Source: Candidatus Altimarinota bacterium
GTDB lineage: Bacteria; Patescibacteriota; Gracilibacteria; JBDHUY01
NCBI GenBank assembly: GCA_039809385.1
Contig: JBDHUY010000017.1
Coordinates: 1 to 37,330, forward strand
Length of the DNA stretch: 37,330 nucleotides
Direction: 5' to 3'
Below are positions 34,385 to 37,330 of this stretch, piece by piece (the first letter of the stretch is position 1; each line of letters starts with the position of its first letter). The notes under the pieces were generated by a model that saw only the letters and a program-made list of their open reading frames with translations, made no database searches and was not told where the DNA came from. The translations under genes were made by a program, and so were the position numbers.

Positions 34385-34681
34385 TGGAGTCGGGAGATGG
34401 GAGTCTGGAGCAGGCAGCATTCAGCTAACAGCTTACAGCAAGGCAAGAAGAAAGAATCAAGAATCACGAATCATGGGAAGTCAACAAGGAATAACAACCT
34501 TTCGTTCAAAAAAACTCGGAAAGCGAAAAACTACTGACAGTCAACGATGAATTTCTACCAATTCTCATCAATTTCTATAAATCTCAAGAGCTCTTCTGTT
34601 CATTCCAGCTTCTATATTTCTTGATTCTCCACATTTTAATTTACTGACCGCTTTATAGACTTTATGAACTTTACGGACTTT
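34385..34681. repeat. composite short-repeat element (GGGAGTC, GCTAACA, GAATCAA arrays; spacer; inverted arrays; 9-mer array)
   Basis: seen directly; the arms match those at 31541-31750 in inverted orientation, and the 9-mers match 1927-1967. Confidence 0.7.
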
Positions 34682-34693
34682 CAATTGTTTCCC

Positions 34694-34755
34694 GGGCAGA
34701 CACGTATCTTGGGGCAGACACGTATCTTGGGGCAGACACATCGTTCTGCCGCTAC
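34694..34755 (-). repeat. GTAG-type REP-like hairpin plus 18-bp tandem duplications
   Basis: GTAG-CGGCAGA-acgatgtg-TCTGCCC followed by two copies of CAAGATACGTGTCTGCCC. Confidence 0.65.
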
Positions 34756-35609
34756 TCCAGCATCTTTCTCGCTTCCTGAACGAAACTCTCCGGTGCCAGG
34801 ACGCCGAACTCGGAAACGATGCCGTCGATGTATTCTTTTTCCACCTCGTCAAAGGCGGGATTGAAGATCGTTATGTTCTTTTTCTCGGTATCCCATACTT
34901 CCAGGCTGGCTCGCTTTTCGATCTCTTCGTGGACGCCGTATTTCGTTTCCACATCGTATTTGATTCCTGAGGTGAGGGAAAAAGTTTTGCCGTCGTAGCG
35001 TTTCACGGTTTCGGCATAGGTCTTGGTACCGACTTTGTTGAACACGTTGCCGTACGAATTTACCGCGTCGGCTCCGAAAAAGAACAGATCGACTTTCTTG
35101 AGAATGTGAAAAGCGGCGTTATCGACCATATGATGTACGTGTATTCCATGCCCGGCGAGTTCCAAAGCTGTTTTTCTGCCCTGGAAGCGTGGACGCGTTT
35201 CGCTGTTATATACTTCGAATCTCTTTCCTTCGTCGTAGGCTCGCATAATGGCCGCCGTAACACTGGAAGAATGACAATGAGTAAACAAGGTCATTCCGTT
35301 TTCGATCATGCTGGCGCCGTAACTCGTCACTTTTTCCAGCGAATCCTGTATCTCGCCAATAATTTTCTCGTACAGCTCGTTACGGTTGGCTCGGTCGGGT
35401 GACAATTCTTTGAGGAACCAGCGTACCACATTCCGTAATGCCGGCTCGGTAGGGCGAGTTTCTTCCAGAATAAGCGCTGCCTGTTGTAGCGCTTCTATTG
35501 AAGCGGCGCTTGCGGATTTCTCATGCAGTGCTTCCAGAGCTTTCTTGGCAATATTGATCGCACCCTGAATTTTGAGGTCTTTGATATCGGTAACTATTTG
35601 GTCAAACAT
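34752..35609 (-). CDS. ribose-1,5-bisphosphate isomerase-like protein (eIF-2B family)
   Basis: IQGA..IA, TRPTEPALRN, THCHSSSV, ETRPRFQG, GADA, NKVGT, NPAFD. Confidence 0.85.
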   Translation of the reverse strand: MFDQIVTDIKDLKIQGAINIAKKALEALHEKSASAASIEALQQAALILEETRPTEPALRNVVRWFLKELSPDRANRNELYEKIIGEIQDSLEKVTSYGASMIENGMTLFTHCHSSSVTAAIMRAYDEGKRFEVYNSETRPRFQGRKTALELAGHGIHVHHMVDNAAFHILKKVDLFFFGADAVNSYGNVFNKVGTKTYAETVKRYDGKTFSLTSGIKYDVETKYGVHEEIEKRASLEVWDTEKKNITIFNPAFDEVEKEYIDGIVSEFGVLAPESFVQEARKMLE

Positions 35610-35898
35610 ACGGGAGATATTTATGAAGGATGAATTATAAATTATGAATTACCGAGTGGAAAATTTGTATTTACTCACTTTAGTATACCATAATATGGCT
35701 AGATTTGCTCTTATGACCGTTTTTTCGGGTAGACCTTTTCTTAGTTGTTTCTAAAATGAAAATGGAATGCTTGTGAATATAATCCGCTATGGTATGAATA
35801 TTCATGACCGTTCCACCCAAAAAATCACATGACAAATCAAATCTCACGTCCACATATCTGATTACGGGTGATCTTTTTCTTCTTTATTCACGTTCGCT

Positions 35899-37161
35899 AT
35901 GAATATTGTTACTACTCCATTAGCGGTTCGCCTGCGGCCAAAAAGACTCGAAGATCTGGCTGGACAGGAACATATCATCCATCCCAAAAGCATGCTATTT
36001 AACGCGATCAAGCAGAATAAGCTTTTTTCCATGATCCTGTGGGGGCCGCCGGGGAGTGGAAAAACGACCCTGGCGTCGATCATTGCCGAAACAACTTCCA
36101 GTCATTTTATCGCAATCAATGCAGTTTCAAGCGGCATAGCCGAGGTAAAAAAAGCCGTAGAAACCGCCCGTAGCATCAAAAACAGCTTGATGCCTAAGGA
36201 AACTGTCTTGTTTATTGACGAAATTCATCGCTTCAATAAATCCCAGCAGGATTATTTATTACCCTTTGTTGAAAATCGGGATATTGTTTTCATCGGCGCT
36301 ACCACTGAAAATCCGTCGTTTGAAGTCATCGCTCCGCTGTTGTCCCGTAGCAAAGTGTTTGTGTTACAACCGCTCAAAAAAGAGGATATCGTCAAGCTCC
36401 TGGATCGTGCACTGGTTCAAGAAAACGATTTACAGCATATAAATGCCGTTCAGCGACAATTTCTCGATATGATCGCAGAATATAGCTTCGGGGATGCTCG
36501 TTTTGCACTTAATACCCTCGAAAATCTGGCCGAACTGGCCCGCCAGCAAAATCGCACACCCGACGAAGAGATGCTGACCGAGGCCTTGCAGAAAAAAGCT
36601 TTGCTGTATGACAAAGGGGGAGAAGAACACTACAACATTATCTCGGCACTGCATAAAAGTATGCGGGACTCGGATCCCGATGCTTCCGTCTACTGGGCGA
36701 CCCGGATGCTGGAAGCCGGCGAAGATCCCAAGTATCTGGTTCGGCGCATGATCCGCTTTGCATCAGAAGATATTGGATTGGCCGACAACGAAGCTCTTAC
36801 GTTGGCAATCGCCGTGAAAGAAACGGTTGATTTTCTGGGGATGCCCGAAAGTTCCACGGCTATCACGCAGCTGGCGATTTACCTGGCTCGCGCTCCCAAA
36901 AGCAATCTTTGTTACACTGCCTATGGAAAAGCAAAACACGATGTCGATACTCTCGGCCCCTTACCTGTTCCCCTACATATTCGCAATGCCCCGACCAAGT
37001 TGATGAAAAATCTGGGTTATGGGAAAGACTACAAATATGCGCATGACTATCAGGATGCTCGTGTCCAGCAGCAGCATTTTCCCGACGAGTTGCAAGGAAG
37101 GAAGTATCTTGAAGAGAATGGAGAGGGGAGTGGGGAGAACGGAGAGGAAGCAGGGAGCTAA
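35899..37161 (+). CDS. rarA: replication-associated recombination protein A (MgsA/RarA)
   Basis: PLA.RLRP, WGPPGSGKTT, DEIHRFNKSQQD, ATTENPSF, ISALHKSMR.SD, ASEDIG, GYGKDYKYAHD. Confidence 0.96.
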   Translation: MNIVTTPLAVRLRPKRLEDLAGQEHIIHPKSMLFNAIKQNKLFSMILWGPPGSGKTTLASIIAETTSSHFIAINAVSSGIAEVKKAVETARSIKNSLMPKETVLFIDEIHRFNKSQQDYLLPFVENRDIVFIGATTENPSFEVIAPLLSRSKVFVLQPLKKEDIVKLLDRALVQENDLQHINAVQRQFLDMIAEYSFGDARFALNTLENLAELARQQNRTPDEEMLTEALQKKALLYDKGGEEHYNIISALHKSMRDSDPDASVYWATRMLEAGEDPKYLVRRMIRFASEDIGLADNEALTLAIAVKETVDFLGMPESSTAITQLAIYLARAPKSNLCYTAYGKAKHDVDTLGPLPVPLHIRNAPTKLMKNLGYGKDYKYAHDYQDARVQQQHFPDELQGRKYLEENGEGSGENGEEAGS

Positions 37162-37330
37162 CAGTTTATAGCTAACAGCCTACAGCAAGGCAGGAATCAA
37201 GAAGGGAGAAATGGAGAGGGGAGTGGGGAGAACGGAGAGGAAGCAGGGAGCTAACAGTTTATAGCTAACAGCCTACAGCAAGGCAGGAATCAAGAAGGGA
37301 GAAATGGAGAGGGGAGTGGGGAGAACGGAG
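37117..37330 (+). repeat. exact 93-bp tandem repeat (at least 2.3 copies, runs off the window)
   Basis: unit starts AATGGAGAGGGG at 37117, 37210 and 37303. Confidence 0.92.

Noticed and set aside
37117-37330. CRISPR array
   Set aside because: The units are identical over their whole length, with no unique spacers and no cas genes in the window
1-37330. Alternative genetic code (TGA as Gly, as in some Gracilibacteria)
   Set aside because: Long Gly-rich conserved genes (ychF, rarA, hsdR) are complete without internal TGA, and the TGA at 950 is explained by a frameshift

Overview
Bacterial chromosomal window read in the standard genetic code. Gene content and style suggest a reduced-genome Patescibacteria/CPR-like host, but this is inference only. 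The housekeeping backbone (rplU, RluD-type pseudouridine synthase, maf, trxA, ychF, rarA, ribose-1,5-bisphosphate isomerase-like gene, sugar nucleotidyltransferase, a CsoR-controlled metal cluster, a spore-photoproduct-lyase-like radical SAM gene with an SDR) is interrupted by a ~12.5 kb island (about 17492-30014). The island is integrated at the 3' end of tRNA-Asn(GTT) by a now-truncated large serine recombinase. It carries a type I restriction-modification operon (hsdM, hsdS, hsdR) with extra genes: a MerR/BldC-like HTH, KilA-N, an unknown 309-aa protein, Fic and a HEPN-like protein. The standout feature is HsdS, which carries a complete ~139-aa PIN-type nuclease domain, with its acidic catalytic residues, inserted in frame between the two target-recognition halves. 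This is a candidate RM system with a built-in abortive-infection or guard RNase. Also notable are a phased 70-bp palindromic array in front of hsdR, a displaced recombinase C-terminus marking the left att site, a degenerate tRNA-Leu copy with a palindrome in place of its anticodon arm, and a dispersed family of 7/9-mer tandem repeats that I saw only in host DNA.
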